In this document: positions 29,670-39,220 of the stretch, piece by piece | Position numbering within the stretch: the first letter of the stretch is position 1 | How the letters are laid out: each line of letters opens with the position of its first letter | IMG/VR virus record: IMGVR_UViG_3300047564_003078 | Coordinates: 28,766 to 92,765 of that record | Source of the DNA: a virus | Length of the DNA: 64,000 nt | Reading direction: 5' to 3' (one strand) | The notes under the pieces: model-generated | Databases searched by the model: none | Seen by the model: the letters and a program-made list of their open reading frames with translations, nothing else | What the model was told of the DNA's origin: nothing | Translations under genes and position numbers: made by a program

Positions 29670-29741
29670 TTAGGCGAAAGTGATGAAGTGGTGTGCAGCG
29701 ACAGCAATCATGATCGCGGAAAGCAGGATCGGAAGTTTCAT
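29670..29741 (-). CDS. 23-aa hydrophobic peptide
   Basis: First ORF after promoter copy 29757; GAGG RBS; MKLPILLSAIMIAVAAHHFITFA. Confidence 0.45.
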   Translation of the reverse strand: MKLPILLSAIMIAVAAHHFITFA

Positions 29742-29805
29742 CGTGTGCCTCTTTGTGTTGCCTACAGTTACTATATAGTCACCGTTGAACCGTTTGTCAA
29801 GTGGC

Positions 29806-30087
29806 TCAAGCAAATTCTTTTACTGGCTTGAGCAAGCTTGCATGAACCTTCCACGTGGTGTAGGCATTGTCCTGCTTGACTTGGATGGTCTTGATGTTGA
29901 CTTTGGTCACAGTGCCCAGCACCTGCATACCACGAGCGGCAAACGATACACGGTCGCCAACAGCGAAACTCACAGCACTCTGACGAGCAAGGTAGGTGCG
30001 GCGGTCTTTGATTGCACGAACCACAGCGTTCAGTTCGTCGTTGTCCATCTTGTGGATTGCAGTGATGGCGGTTGCAAAGTTGTTCAT
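29806..30087 (-). CDS. early SH3/KOW-like protein
   Basis: FAVGDRVSF..GTVTKVN..W motif; ATG 30087 follows promoter repeat. Confidence 0.65.
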   Translation of the reverse strand: MNNFATAITAIHKMDNDELNAVVRAIKDRRTYLARQSAVSFAVGDRVSFAARGMQVLGTVTKVNIKTIQVKQDNAYTTWKVHASLLKPVKEFA

Positions 30088-30160
30088 CTTGTGGTCCTCT
30101 TTGTTGCCTACAGTGTTTATATAGTCACCAGTCAATGTAAGATCAAGTGGTGCAGGAAAA

Positions 30161-30532
30161 TTATTTTACATGAACCGAGCAGCTCTCTGTTGCGGGTTTG
30201 TACACCACAGCATCTGCCGACACGCCTGCCGCAGCCAGAGCAGCCAGGAAGTCCGCACGACGACGAGCACGATTCAGCACCACTCGGTTGAACTTGACTT
30301 CTGTGTGAGCCTCGCGACGAGCAGTGCGACCCCGTGCTGTCTCGTATATAGCAGCCCAACCTGCGAAGTATTCACGCATGATGCTCTTCACTGTTTCTAC
30401 TCGCAGTTGATGGGCAGTGCTGTCAAACAGGTTGCGGTTGGCAAGATACGCTGCCTCTGCACGAGCATTGATGTCTTCTACTGCGAACCATGCGGGCTGA
30501 CGAGTGTTTGATTCAGTGTCCTTGATCAGCAT
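30161..30532 (-). CDS. early hypothetical protein (first gene of array)
   Basis: Has its own promoter repeat; AAGGAG RBS. Confidence 0.65.
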   Translation of the reverse strand: MLIKDTESNTRQPAWFAVEDINARAEAAYLANRNLFDSTAHQLRVETVKSIMREYFAGWAAIYETARGRTARREAHTEVKFNRVVLNRARRRADFLAALAAAGVSADAVVYKPATESCSVHVK

Positions 30533-30646
30533 GTCTGTGCTCCTTGCTGCCTACAGTTACTATATAGTCACCCCTCCTACAGTTCGCAAGAGGCAGCACG
30601 AAAAAAAATTTCCGAAAAAAAAGTGAAAAAATCTTCCTCCAGCCTC

Positions 30647-30690
30647 TTGTAAAGCTCGCAAGCCGCACTATATTAAGTAGTGAGGCCAGC
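30647..30690 (+). promoter_or_regulatory. divergent promoter of the same class, pointing into non-coding DNA
   Basis: TTGTAA-16-TATATT-AAGTAGTGAGGCCAGC; shares A-tracts 30601-30631 with the leftward promoter. Confidence 0.5.
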
Positions 30691-30747
30691 AAAGCACCGC
30701 GGACACGGAGCGAGTAGGGGACGCGAGGGTCGCCGAACCCTGAACCT

Positions 30748-30890
30748 ATGGTTTAATGATTAAACCATTCTCTCCCCGCGAGATAGTTTAACGTTAAACC
30801 TTCTCCTCCGATTGGTTTAACACTAAACCATTCACCTCGATTCGGTTTAACTCTAAACCATTGCCTCAAACCAGTTTAACATTAAACCAT
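30748..30890. repeat. five palindromes (G)GTTTA-N4/5-TAAACC at ~30-bp period
   Basis: GTTTA starts at 30751, 30786, 30815, 30845 and 30874. Confidence 0.85.
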
Positions 30891-30978
30891 CTGCTTCCCG
30901 CCACCAAGATGCACCTTCTTGCCACCACCACCGCCCCACCACCACAGACAGTTCAACCAACCGCTGAACTTGACCAGC

Positions 30979-31130
30979 TAACCCATCGATCACGGATAGT
31001 GTAATGAAATCAATCACTTATACCACCTATTAGAACCACCACATAACCCATTGATCTTACACTAGTAAAAAGATCCAACAAAGTCAATAGGTTACACTGC
31101 ATAGTAGAACCACAGTGTAACCCATTGAAA
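30979..31130. promoter_or_regulatory. five IHF-like sites in alternating orientation
   Basis: AATCAATCACTTA at 31008 is an exact WATCAANNNNTTR match; near matches at 30979, 31044, 31082 and 31118. Confidence 0.5.
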
Positions 31131-31178
31131 GAATTCGGTTTTTCTCCAACACGGTAATGCCTGTGCCCTATACTCCAC

Positions 31179-31266
31179 TAGAGGCTTACCGACACGCCGC
31201 TAGACGGCTATCGACGTGTCGCTAGGGGCTTATCGACGTGTCGTTAGACACCGTATGACGTGGTTG
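31179..31266 (+). repeat. right boundary array: four tandem 22-bp units
   Basis: TAGAGGCTTACCGACACGCCGC / TAGACGGCTATCGACGTGTCGC / TAGGGGCTTATCGACGTGTCGT / TAGACACCGTATGACGTGGTTG. Confidence 0.85.
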
Positions 31267-31548
31267 ATCTGAGATTTTCTAAACTTTTCAAGGATTTGTA
31301 GTAGAAAAATCAGATTGAGGTTGAGGTCTTGAGAGGCATAGTTCAAATACTTTTCACTACTTTTCACTACTTCTCACCTTAGTCTCAACGATTCTCACCT
31401 TTGTTTACAGTGTATAAAAGTTCTCTTGACAGTGTGTGTATACAGTGTATAGTGTTGTAAAGCTCTTGCCTTTGTACACACTTCTACTGTGAGATCTCTA
31501 GCCGCCCTTTGTGGTGTATGTGCAGTTGACTCGCTAAGTATGTGTGCA

Positions 31549-31818
31549 ATGTATTTGTATGCTATCAAAGACACCACCACAGGTTTAATCAAGTTGGGTT
31601 ACAGTTCTGATCCAGTCAGTCGTCTACGTGAGTTACAAACAGGCAGCAGCAGTGTTCTCGTTTTGGTACACACAGAGGCAGTATCATCAGATGCACGTAT
31701 ACTAGAGCGAGAGTTGCATAGGGATATAAACCATCTGCGTGTTCGTGGTGAGTGGTTTCGGTTAACGGAATCTTCAGCACGCAATTTAATTCAGTGGTGT
31801 GTGATTCGCTATGACTAA
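31549..31818 (+). CDS. T5orf172/Mug113 (GIY-YIG-like) domain protein
   Basis: YLYAI..IKLGYS.DP..RL.ELQTG..LERELH..RGEWF. Confidence 0.8.
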   Translation: MYLYAIKDTTTGLIKLGYSSDPVSRLRELQTGSSSVLVLVHTEAVSSDARILERELHRDINHLRVRGEWFRLTESSARNLIQWCVIRYD

Positions 31819-31905
31819 CAGCGGGGCCTTTTGTACTGTGTGTGTTTCTTGTTTTAACCATATACTAACAGCGGGGCCTTTAGGTATCCGTATTGCGGGG
31901 CCTTT
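31814..31905 (+). repeat. ACTAACAGCGGGGCCTTT direct repeats
   Basis: Exact copies at 31814-31831 and 31864-31881, partial at 31895-31905, related CTAACAGCGGGG at 23763. Confidence 0.75.
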
Positions 31906-32098
31906 ACTGTGTACTATACTTTATTGTTAACAACAATCGTTCAGCTTCTGTGAATCTACTGGGTAGGTCATAGCGAGCGAAGAAGCCTTCGCTGCATCTG
32001 CGATAGCACCATAGTTCTGATCCTGAGTCCCAGCGATATTCCGCCCAGGAGAATTGGTTGTCTCGGATTTTAAGTGTGCGTTCTTCTGTGAACTTCAT
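31904..32098 (-). CDS. hypothetical protein
   Basis: 64-aa ORF preceded by TTGATT..TATAAT on the minus strand. Confidence 0.45.
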   Translation of the reverse strand: MKFTEERTLKIRDNQFSWAEYRWDSGSELWCYRRCSEGFFARYDLPSRFTEAERLLLTIKYSTQ

Positions 32099-32153
32099 AG
32101 CGTTATTGTATTATACTTGGTGTGTTTAATCAACCTAAAGGATATATAACTGT

Positions 32154-32936
32154 ATGAATTTCATATGTGTAGAACGATCAGGCAATGACTATGGCATCCA
32201 TGACTTGTGTCGCGGATCCGGTGGAGTGTTTGTTGATGTGGGGACCATGCTGGCGGATACAGTACATGATCGTGCTTGGGCAGGCTGTTACAAGCGTGGT
32301 CTACATGATCATTGTACTGCTCATGGGTTATCATTTTACAACACAGACAGTGCATACTTCGGAGATTCGGGCAAGCACAAGAGTTTGTTTAGACTCAGCC
32401 GGAACAGTTATCAAAACTTGAATACTATAGTCTGTAGACCCTTGGCGAGGTTAGAACGTTTGAGTGTGGATACTACAGTAATACCACAAGGTAGTAGTAT
32501 AGTGTTGGTACCGCCGGATGAGAAAGCCTGTCATAGATGGGATTTAGGATCACAAGCGTCGTGGATTGAGAACACTTGTGCGGAGATCCAGCGTTACAGT
32601 TCAAGACCAATACGTGTAAGACAGCGTCCTACGCATCGTTGTGATAGATTGATTTGGAACAGTTTTGTGGATTACCTGCGTGAGGATGCATTTTGTGTAG
32701 TTGGCTACAGTAGTGTAGCATTAGTAGAGGCAGCACGACATAGTATCCCTGTGGTAGCATTGGGTGAGAGTGCAGTGTCCAGTTTGTATACTTGTGGTTT
32801 GGAGTCAGTGGAAGATCTCCGTCCAGCAGAACAGGATCACCAGACTGCTTGGCTAGCACATCTCAGTTATTCGCAGTTTGATCGATCGGAGTTGCGGTCA
32901 GGTTATGCTTGGGCTGTGATATCAGGGCAGATCTAG
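32154..32936 (+). CDS. Capsule_synth/KpsS-like glycosyltransferase
   Basis: IVLVPP, YSSRPIRVR, YSSVALVEA..IPV and HLSYSQF; paralog of the ORF at 1-486. Confidence 0.6.
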   Translation: MNFICVERSGNDYGIHDLCRGSGGVFVDVGTMLADTVHDRAWAGCYKRGLHDHCTAHGLSFYNTDSAYFGDSGKHKSLFRLSRNSYQNLNTIVCRPLARLERLSVDTTVIPQGSSIVLVPPDEKACHRWDLGSQASWIENTCAEIQRYSSRPIRVRQRPTHRCDRLIWNSFVDYLREDAFCVVGYSSVALVEAARHSIPVVALGESAVSSLYTCGLESVEDLRPAEQDHQTAWLAHLSYSQFDRSELRSGYAWAVISGQI

Positions 32937-33080
32937 TTGTTGTACTAGACTTTCCAGCATAGCATTGTTGCGGCTAGTGGTGATGAGGTTGCTCACGGCC
33001 AAAGCAAAGTTGATCAGTATCAGAGCAGGAAATATCAATCGCAGGAGTGGTTTCATCGGGTATTTAGCACTAAATATTTC

Positions 33081-33953
33081 GTGGCTACTGCATTATTACA
33101 CAAAGATGATTTACACACTGTATCCCCGGAGGATACTAGTGTAACAGTGTTTTGGTTTGAAGAACTTGCACACAGGAATAATTTGCGTTTGCCTTCTGAG
33201 TACCAGTATTGGAATGGCTGTCGTCCTTGGCACACTTGTGGCGGCGTGGGTTATCTCTACTATCTATGGATCAGTGCAGTGTTTGACACTGTGGTACCCG
33301 AACCCGAACGGCATTTTGTTTGTATGAATCACAATCCCAGACCACACAGAATCCAGTTCTTGGATCTACTGTGGGAGGAGGGTTTGTTTGGGTATGCTAC
33401 AGTGAGTTTCCCAGAGAGTGTGCGGTCACCGTGGCGTGAGCATACTGTGCCTTGGTTGGGGAGTAACCTGGGTCCTACGAGTGTATTGCCAGTGTTGGCA
33501 CCACCTGTAGAGACATTTGGCACTGTAGCGTTTAGTTTGATAACAGAAACCAACACTGAACTGTTTGACATTTCGGAGAAGACATTTCAGTGTTTGAGTG
33601 TGGCTCAGCCGTTTCTGGTGTGGGGTTGTGCTGGAGTGCAAGCTTGGCTACGAGACAGAGGCTTTAGAGATCTACCTGGAGTAGACTACAGCTACGACAG
33701 CATCCGGGATACCGATCATAGACGGCGAGCTCTTGTTGCAGAAGTCCGACGTTTGACCGAGCAGGATCCAGTTGAACTCAGTGCTGCTTGGAGACCGACT
33801 GCCCTGTACAATCAAAGTCTGTATCGTCGTTATCATCGTCGTTTGCGATTGCCTTTTGAATCCAGTTATGATCGTGTTGGACCCTGGGCACAGCGTCAAA
33901 TCGATTCGTTGCTGAAGTTGCAAAGAGATTATCTGTTGTATCAGAACACCTAA
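33081..33953 (+). CDS. glycosyltransferase-like protein (ITET/ISEKT type)
   Basis: PRPHR, LITET, ISEKTF, QPF..G and DYSYD motifs. Confidence 0.5.
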   Translation: MATALLHKDDLHTVSPEDTSVTVFWFEELAHRNNLRLPSEYQYWNGCRPWHTCGGVGYLYYLWISAVFDTVVPEPERHFVCMNHNPRPHRIQFLDLLWEEGLFGYATVSFPESVRSPWREHTVPWLGSNLGPTSVLPVLAPPVETFGTVAFSLITETNTELFDISEKTFQCLSVAQPFLVWGCAGVQAWLRDRGFRDLPGVDYSYDSIRDTDHRRRALVAEVRRLTEQDPVELSAAWRPTALYNQSLYRRYHRRLRLPFESSYDRVGPWAQRQIDSLLKLQRDYLLYQNT

Positions 33954-33982
33954 CTGCCGCAATTGTACCTGTTAAATATTCA

Positions 33983-34690
33983 GTGCAGATTCATATATTA
34001 GATACACCTCGTTGTAGACCCAATCGTGCAGTGGAGCCTGTGCTGGTTCGTGTACCGGAATTGTTCAATACGGTGGACACTGGTGTGTTGGATCGGTTGG
34101 GTATAGTTTATCGTACACAAGAGATACCCAGCAGTGTATTTTGGTATCGCAGTTATCAGCCTCCGTTGGGTCCGGCTCAGCGTTGGTCTGTGAGTTTTCT
34201 ATCAGAACCTTGGCAGGCGTTGATGCCTGTGTTGTATCATGCGGGCTTTGATGCGGGTTACAGTTCACCTTGGCCCACAGTGGGCTGGCGTAAACCCAAT
34301 CGCGATATCGCCACTGTGGGCAGCATATACCTAACTGACGTTGAAGGATTCTCGGGCAGTCTATGGGGACAATTGGCTGCTGGCACGCCTGTGGAGCCAG
34401 TGCAAGCATCAGTGAGATCCAGTTTGAGGGATTGGGGATTTGAATTGTATCTTGCTGGCGATCCTCCTGAAGACAGCGTGGGTTGTGCAGAATGGTTGTT
34501 GAACTCGGATACACAGATCTGTGCGGATATAATAGATCAAAGACGTGATCGTGCTAGACTGTTGATACAGGCGGCGTTGACGGATCTGTTCCAGGATCCT
34601 GTGCCGATTTGGGCTGGCCATCTACGGCAGTTGCAGCAGGAGATTCGTTGTCATGCACAATCGTGGGGATTCTCGGTGCCAAAGGTTTGA
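33983..34690 (+). CDS. hypothetical protein, possibly a diverged paralog of 33081
   Basis: LRDWGF vs LRDRGF; TAAATA upstream. Confidence 0.4.
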   Translation: MQIHILDTPRCRPNRAVEPVLVRVPELFNTVDTGVLDRLGIVYRTQEIPSSVFWYRSYQPPLGPAQRWSVSFLSEPWQALMPVLYHAGFDAGYSSPWPTVGWRKPNRDIATVGSIYLTDVEGFSGSLWGQLAAGTPVEPVQASVRSSLRDWGFELYLAGDPPEDSVGCAEWLLNSDTQICADIIDQRRDRARLLIQAALTDLFQDPVPIWAGHLRQLQQEIRCHAQSWGFSVPKV

Positions 34691-34967
34691 ACTCTGGGCC
34701 ACGCACACGATTGATTAGATCATACAATTCCTGTCGCAGCGGCACACCTAGGTTGTCTAGATGATAGGCAGCTTCCAGTAGAGCTGCCATTATTTCCGGT
34801 GCTGCGGTGATAAGGTGTAGATTGGCTTCGCGTTGTTCAAATGGTATTGCACCCGACTTAGGCACAGTAGCAATCAAACGATCTGTTTGATCCACCACTT
34901 GCCCTCTTCCCCGATTCATGATTCTCCACGGAGGTTGTGTGAAGCGTAATTTCTTTACGAATAACAT
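34554..34967 (-). CDS. hypothetical protein (ANxxLIxAAP motif)
   Basis: TQPPW...EANLHLITAAPE is a common phage motif. Confidence 0.55.
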   Translation of the reverse strand: MLFVKKLRFTQPPWRIMNRGRGQVVDQTDRLIATVPKSGAIPFEQREANLHLITAAPEIMAALLEAAYHLDNLGVPLRQELYDLINRVRGPEFKPLAPRIPTIVHDNESPAATAVDGQPKSAQDPGTDPSTPPVSTV

Positions 34968-35016
34968 GTGAATATTTAACCAATAAATATCTATACGTAA
35001 TCAAAGGAGAACTCCC

Positions 35017-35196
35017 ATGAGCAGTCTAAGCAAAATCACACTAGATCTAGAACTCGGTCAAACTATCCTAGTAGGAAAGAACAACGAGCCAGCCACTATT
35101 ACCAAGATTGAGTATTTTGAAAAGTCTGGCGAGGTAAGTTTGAATACCACTAGAGGTCCAAGAAAGGCTTTGACCTTTCGTATCCCTGCGGAATAA
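35017..35196 (+). CDS. small hypothetical protein (59 aa)
   Basis: TAAATA plus AAGGAG; MSSLSKITLDL... Confidence 0.55.
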   Translation: MSSLSKITLDLELGQTILVGKNNEPATITKIEYFEKSGEVSLNTTRGPRKALTFRIPAE

Positions 35197-35244
35197 TTTT
35201 ATAACAAACTGCATATCAGATAGTTGCATACGATAAATAATTGT

Positions 35245-35493
35245 ATGCGATTAGATGAATTATTCACCCGTGAACATGACATAGAAGAATGGAAAGCAAC
35301 CAAGAAGTTGTGTTCAGATCCCAACCGATCTGACAAGAGTCTTGGTGCCAGTGCTTTGAGCAGTTGTAGAAGTCAAGGACTACGCAGTCGCGATAGCAAG
35401 GTAAGTGCAACATACCGCGGCAACAAGCGTAAACCAATCAAAGGCCGTGTGAAGGGCAAGAAATACGGCGGACCATTACCGGATTGGAGTTAA
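35245..35493 (+). CDS. basic putative internal head protein
   Basis: MRLDELF..IEE N-terminus; TAAATA at 35234. Confidence 0.5.
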   Translation: MRLDELFTREHDIEEWKATKKLCSDPNRSDKSLGASALSSCRSQGLRSRDSKVSATYRGNKRKPIKGRVKGKKYGGPLPDWS

Positions 35494-35494
35494 C

Positions 35495-36022
35495 ATGAGC
35501 AGAGCAGGAAAGTTCTTGATTGCTAGACCAGGGTTAACACAAGGATTTTTTGCTCGCAGTGTGGTTTTTGTTTATGAAGACAGCGACAATGGAACAGCAG
35601 GGTTAGTTGTAAACAAGACCAGCACAGGAGACTTTGCCGATGTTGTGTTGGACAGAGGCTATCAAGTGCCCAGAGGTGTGAACCCTATCTACGCAGGGGG
35701 TCCTGTGAACATTAGGGCTATTACCATGTTGCACACAGATGAATGGTACAGTCAAAACACCTTGTACACCGGAACCGGATTAAATCTCAGCAGCGACAAT
35801 CTAATGATACATAAGTTAGTAGAAGGCAACACACCCAAGCAATATAGACTATTTGCAGGAGCAAGCGTTTGGGCACCAGGGCAACTGGATTTTGAAGTCA
35901 ATCGAGACAGTTGGTTGATCAGCACTTTGCCTATTGATGCAGTGTTTCACAACAAAGGAGATCAACAATGGGAACATTGCATAGACTTGGCTGGGCAAGC
36001 ATTGGTTTCAGCCTGGTTCTAG
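35495..36022 (+). CDS. YqgE/AlgH (DUF179) family protein
   Basis: FLIA.P..FFARSVV..G.VVNK, GGPV and G.S.WAPGQL motifs. Confidence 0.85.
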   Translation: MSRAGKFLIARPGLTQGFFARSVVFVYEDSDNGTAGLVVNKTSTGDFADVVLDRGYQVPRGVNPIYAGGPVNIRAITMLHTDEWYSQNTLYTGTGLNLSSDNLMIHKLVEGNTPKQYRLFAGASVWAPGQLDFEVNRDSWLISTLPIDAVFHNKGDQQWEHCIDLAGQALVSAWF

Positions 36023-36297
36023 GCGGAACTGCCCTAGCACAACCCAAAGAGTACAAGACATTTTATACACAACAGGTATGCGGTCATCCGGATCTAATGT
36101 TCAAAGAAAGCTTAGACTACGGCGAGGATCCATTGTTCGGTGGCGAAACAATGATAATAGGAACAGACAACAATGCCTACTGGGGTAAGACCCTGTTCAC
36201 GGTAAATCAAAACAACGGATTTTGGACACTGTTCACCTTTTACGACGAAAATACTGTTTGTCTAACAGCCAGCGGCATTGGATTCTCACCTTTCTAA
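35968..36297 (+). CDS. secreted hypothetical protein
   Basis: Signal-peptide-like N-terminus (ALA-Q). Confidence 0.5.
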   Translation: MGTLHRLGWASIGFSLVLGGTALAQPKEYKTFYTQQVCGHPDLMFKESLDYGEDPLFGGETMIIGTDNNAYWGKTLFTVNQNNGFWTLFTFYDENTVCLTASGIGFSPF

Positions 36298-36370
36298 AAA
36301 AAGAGATTGACATTTGGTTTAGACTCAGTTACAACGGTATAAATAGTTTTGAAACTGAAGGAAAACTACG

Positions 36371-36916
36371 ATGAGCGATACACTAGTTATCAATGCTGAT
36401 GGTCTGCCGGTGAGCATGTTGCCACTGAGTGTAGTTCAGTGGAAAGAGGCTGTCATGTATATGTACCATGACAAGGTTAACGTGCTAGAATGGTACGATG
36501 ACTGGATGGTGCGAAGTCCGAGCTGGGAAACGCGGGTTCCGGCCGTGATTATGTTAAAAGAGTACCTACACAAAACCCGCAAGCCACGTTTTAGTAAATC
36601 TAATTTGTACTTGCGGGATTTGTATGAGTGCTGCTACTGCGGATGCAATGTGACCAAAGGTGTTGCTACCATGGACCACGTACTTCCACTGAGTCGTGGC
36701 GGCAAGACCAACTGGGAAAACATTGTTACCGCCTGTGGCCCTTGCAACAGCAAAAAAGGCAATAGCATGGGACCAAAATGGAAACCCAAATACAAGCCAT
36801 ATGCACCAGGATACTATGAACTGGTGCGTAAGCGTAAGCAATTTGGTTTTGACGTGCGTCACCCTAGCTGGGTACAATGGCTAGGAATTGACGAGCCATC
36901 TGACGATGCGATCTAA
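36371..36916 (+). CDS. HNH endonuclease (McrA-like)
   Basis: RD..CCYCG, DHVLPLSRGG, WENIVTAC..CN..KG. Confidence 0.88.
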   Translation: MSDTLVINADGLPVSMLPLSVVQWKEAVMYMYHDKVNVLEWYDDWMVRSPSWETRVPAVIMLKEYLHKTRKPRFSKSNLYLRDLYECCYCGCNVTKGVATMDHVLPLSRGGKTNWENIVTACGPCNSKKGNSMGPKWKPKYKPYAPGYYELVRKRKQFGFDVRHPSWVQWLGIDEPSDDAI

Positions 36917-37472
36917 GTCCCGGATGGGCATTGTCTAAAGCATAATCAACGATGTTTTCTGGACCAAAGGAAATTTTTGGACAATAAGATTCAAACCACA
37001 CAGGTTTAATAGTCCAAAAATTTCCAATGGTGCTGTTGATATACGGAATGTTGTTTCTTTCTAGATAACTCAATGCACTGGCCACATACATCATATCGGT
37101 GTATTCTAAATCAAATTCCGAATGCAGCATATAGAATAGCTTATCTTTGGGATGATTATTGTTGCTAATATGATATCTGTAATCTCTACGATCAGTTTTT
37201 TTATTAAAAATAATAGATCTCAATGGTATGGTCCACATTACCACCACAAGGTCATCTGGTTGATATTCAAATTCCAGTACATTACGAGCAATTTCTTTGT
37301 TGCTGGCACCTGACATTCCTAGATTTTTCAACGAACGTTTTAGTTTGTATGAAAGAATGTAAGGCCAGTTTTGTTTGCTTTCTTTGATAGGGTCACCGAG
37401 ATGACTACCGCTTTCGTCCGGTAGTGCTGCCCCCCAAGTAAAACTACAACCAAAAGTTATTAGTCTAGACAT
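36864..37472 (-). CDS. SGNH/GDSL hydrolase-like protein
   Basis: [16 protein letters not shown] and DNAHPG motifs. Confidence 0.65.
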   Translation of the reverse strand: MSRLITFGCSFTWGAALPDESGSHLGDPIKESKQNWPYILSYKLKRSLKNLGMSGASNKEIARNVLEFEYQPDDLVVVMWTIPLRSIIFNKKTDRRDYRYHISNNNHPKDKLFYMLHSEFDLEYTDMMYVASALSYLERNNIPYINSTIGNFWTIKPVWFESYCPKISFGPENIVDYALDNAHPGLRSHRQMARQFLAIVPS

Positions 37473-38653
37473 TTTATCAATGCTCGTACACAATCATCAA
37501 TCATAGCATCGGTATGTAGTGGAGTAGGTGCGAAACGCAATCGCTCCTCACCTACTGCCACTGTTGGGTAGTTAATTGGTTGCACATAGATGCCGTGTTC
37601 ATCTAATAGTCTATCGCTGATAGTCTTGCAACGTTTGGCGTCACGGATCATCACGGGAATGATATGAGTACAGGCTTTATCATGTGTCTCAATGCCAGCT
37701 TCTTGCAAACGAGTTTTGAACCTAGCTGCAACAGCCTGATGCTGGTCACGAAGATCGTTGTGATCTCGCAAATACTTTATGCTGGCCAACGCACCTGCAC
37801 AAAGAACTGGTGACATGCTGGTTGTAAAGATAAACCCACTTGCCACTGAGCGGATGCCGTCTATGACTTCCCTGTCCGCTGCTATATAACCTCCTGTAAC
37901 GCCGTAGGCCTTGCCCAGCGTTCCGTTGACAATATCTACTCTATCTTGAAGACCCAGTTTTTCCAAGTACCCTGCTCCATGCTGGCCATACAATCCCACA
38001 GCATGGACTTCATCGATATAGGTTATTGCACCGTAATGCTGGGCAAGATCGCAAATGTCTGCTATTGGGCTTACATCACCGTCCATGCTATACACGGACT
38101 CAAACACTATGCAGGGGGTTTGGTTTTGTGCGATGACCTGGGCCAGTTTAGCAGCTAGATCACTCATGTCGTTGTGTTGCCAAATCACTTTGGCTGCACC
38201 ACTGTGTCGGATACCTTGTATGAGGCTTGCGTGATTTTTGCTATCACTCAAAAACACAATGTTGGGAACGATTTGGCTTAGAGCAATCAGACTCCATTCA
38301 TTTGCGACATAGGCACTGGAAAACAGCAATGCAGCGTCTTTGCTATGCAAGGTCGCAAGCTCGTGTTCCAATGCCACGTGGTAATGACTGGTGCCGCCTA
38401 TGTTTCTGGTGCCGCCGCTGCCTGCACCTGTTTGATCAAGTGCAGTATGCATTGCATCAATTACCACTCTGTGTTGACCCATTCCTAAATAATCGTTGCT
38501 GCACCAGTTTACGATATTCTTGATCGCATATTTGCCATACCAAATGGCTCGTGGAAAGTCGCCACGCTCCCTAACTATGTCATTGAACACTCGGTATTTG
38601 CCCGACGATTTGAGCTCGGCAATCAGCGATTGGAATGGAGTCTTATCAATCAT
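37460..38653 (-). CDS. hemA: 5-aminolevulinate synthase (Shemin pathway)
   Basis: [40 protein letters not shown] lysine GTLGKA and FIFTTS. Confidence 0.92.
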   Translation of the reverse strand: MIDKTPFQSLIAELKSSGKYRVFNDIVRERGDFPRAIWYGKYAIKNIVNWCSNDYLGMGQHRVVIDAMHTALDQTGAGSGGTRNIGGTSHYHVALEHELATLHSKDAALLFSSAYVANEWSLIALSQIVPNIVFLSDSKNHASLIQGIRHSGAAKVIWQHNDMSDLAAKLAQVIAQNQTPCIVFESVYSMDGDVSPIADICDLAQHYGAITYIDEVHAVGLYGQHGAGYLEKLGLQDRVDIVNGTLGKAYGVTGGYIAADREVIDGIRSVASGFIFTTSMSPVLCAGALASIKYLRDHNDLRDQHQAVAARFKTRLQEAGIETHDKACTHIIPVMIRDAKRCKTISDRLLDEHGIYVQPINYPTVAVGEERLRFAPTPLHTDAMIDDCVRALIKCLD

Positions 38654-39066
38654 CGTAGCCACGCAACTCGCTTGCCTGCGTCAACTCTACGACGATATTC
38701 TTCTTCACTGCTGGGATATCTCCATGCCCAAACAGCAACCAGTATCATGAATGCACCTGTCCACAGTGCAGCAAGATCGTTGCCAGTTGCTAACCATGTG
38801 ATCAACACAGTGGATAGCATTGTGACCAACATTAGATATTTCAGTCGTTGTGGAAATATACGCTTTTCTTGCCAACCTGTTAAGAAAGGACCAAATCTTG
38901 GATGATTGTACAACCAATTGTGCATACGATCACTGCTTCTAGCAAAACAATATGCTGCTATCACAGTAGGAGTACTCCACGGAATACCCGGAACTACAAC
39001 GCCTATAAATGCTACGCCTATAGACAGTATACCAGTGGCAAACCACAGTGCTTTACTTAATTTCAT
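38650..39066 (-). CDS. ybaN: YbaN (DUF454) inner-membrane protein
   Basis: G.IGVVVPG.P..P....[17 protein letters not shown]. Confidence 0.85.
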   Translation of the reverse strand: MKLSKALWFATGILSIGVAFIGVVVPGIPWSTPTVIAAYCFARSSDRMHNWLYNHPRFGPFLTGWQEKRIFPQRLKYLMLVTMLSTVLITWLATGNDLAALWTGAFMILVAVWAWRYPSSEEEYRRRVDAGKRVAWLR

Positions 39067-39220
39067 CTTGTTTCTCTTTGTTTTTTGAATATTCTTCTTC
39101 TAGATCAAGGACCCAAACTATGTTGCCATCGTAAGAACTTAGATACACTAAGTTTCCGCTGAATAGATCATTGTAGGTTTCTGTCCATTCGTTCCAAAAA
39201 TTTGTAATACGTCTCAACAT
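39053..39220 (-). CDS. small hypothetical protein
   Basis: Follows minus-strand TAAATA at 39225-39230. Confidence 0.4.
   Translation of the reverse strand: MLRRITNFWNEWTETYNDLFSGNLVYLSSYDGNIVWVLDLEEEYSKNKEKQDEIK

Noticed and set aside
30748-30890. Palindrome array as a mini-CRISPR or CtrA boxes
   Set aside because: The ~30-bp period leaves only ~12-nt linkers, too short for spacers. Half-site spacing does not fit CtrA TTAA-N7-TTAA.
36371-36916. HNH gene as a mobile homing element
   Set aside because: McrA-like stand-alone type with its own promoter, not inserted in or beside a conserved target gene; no evidence of mobility.
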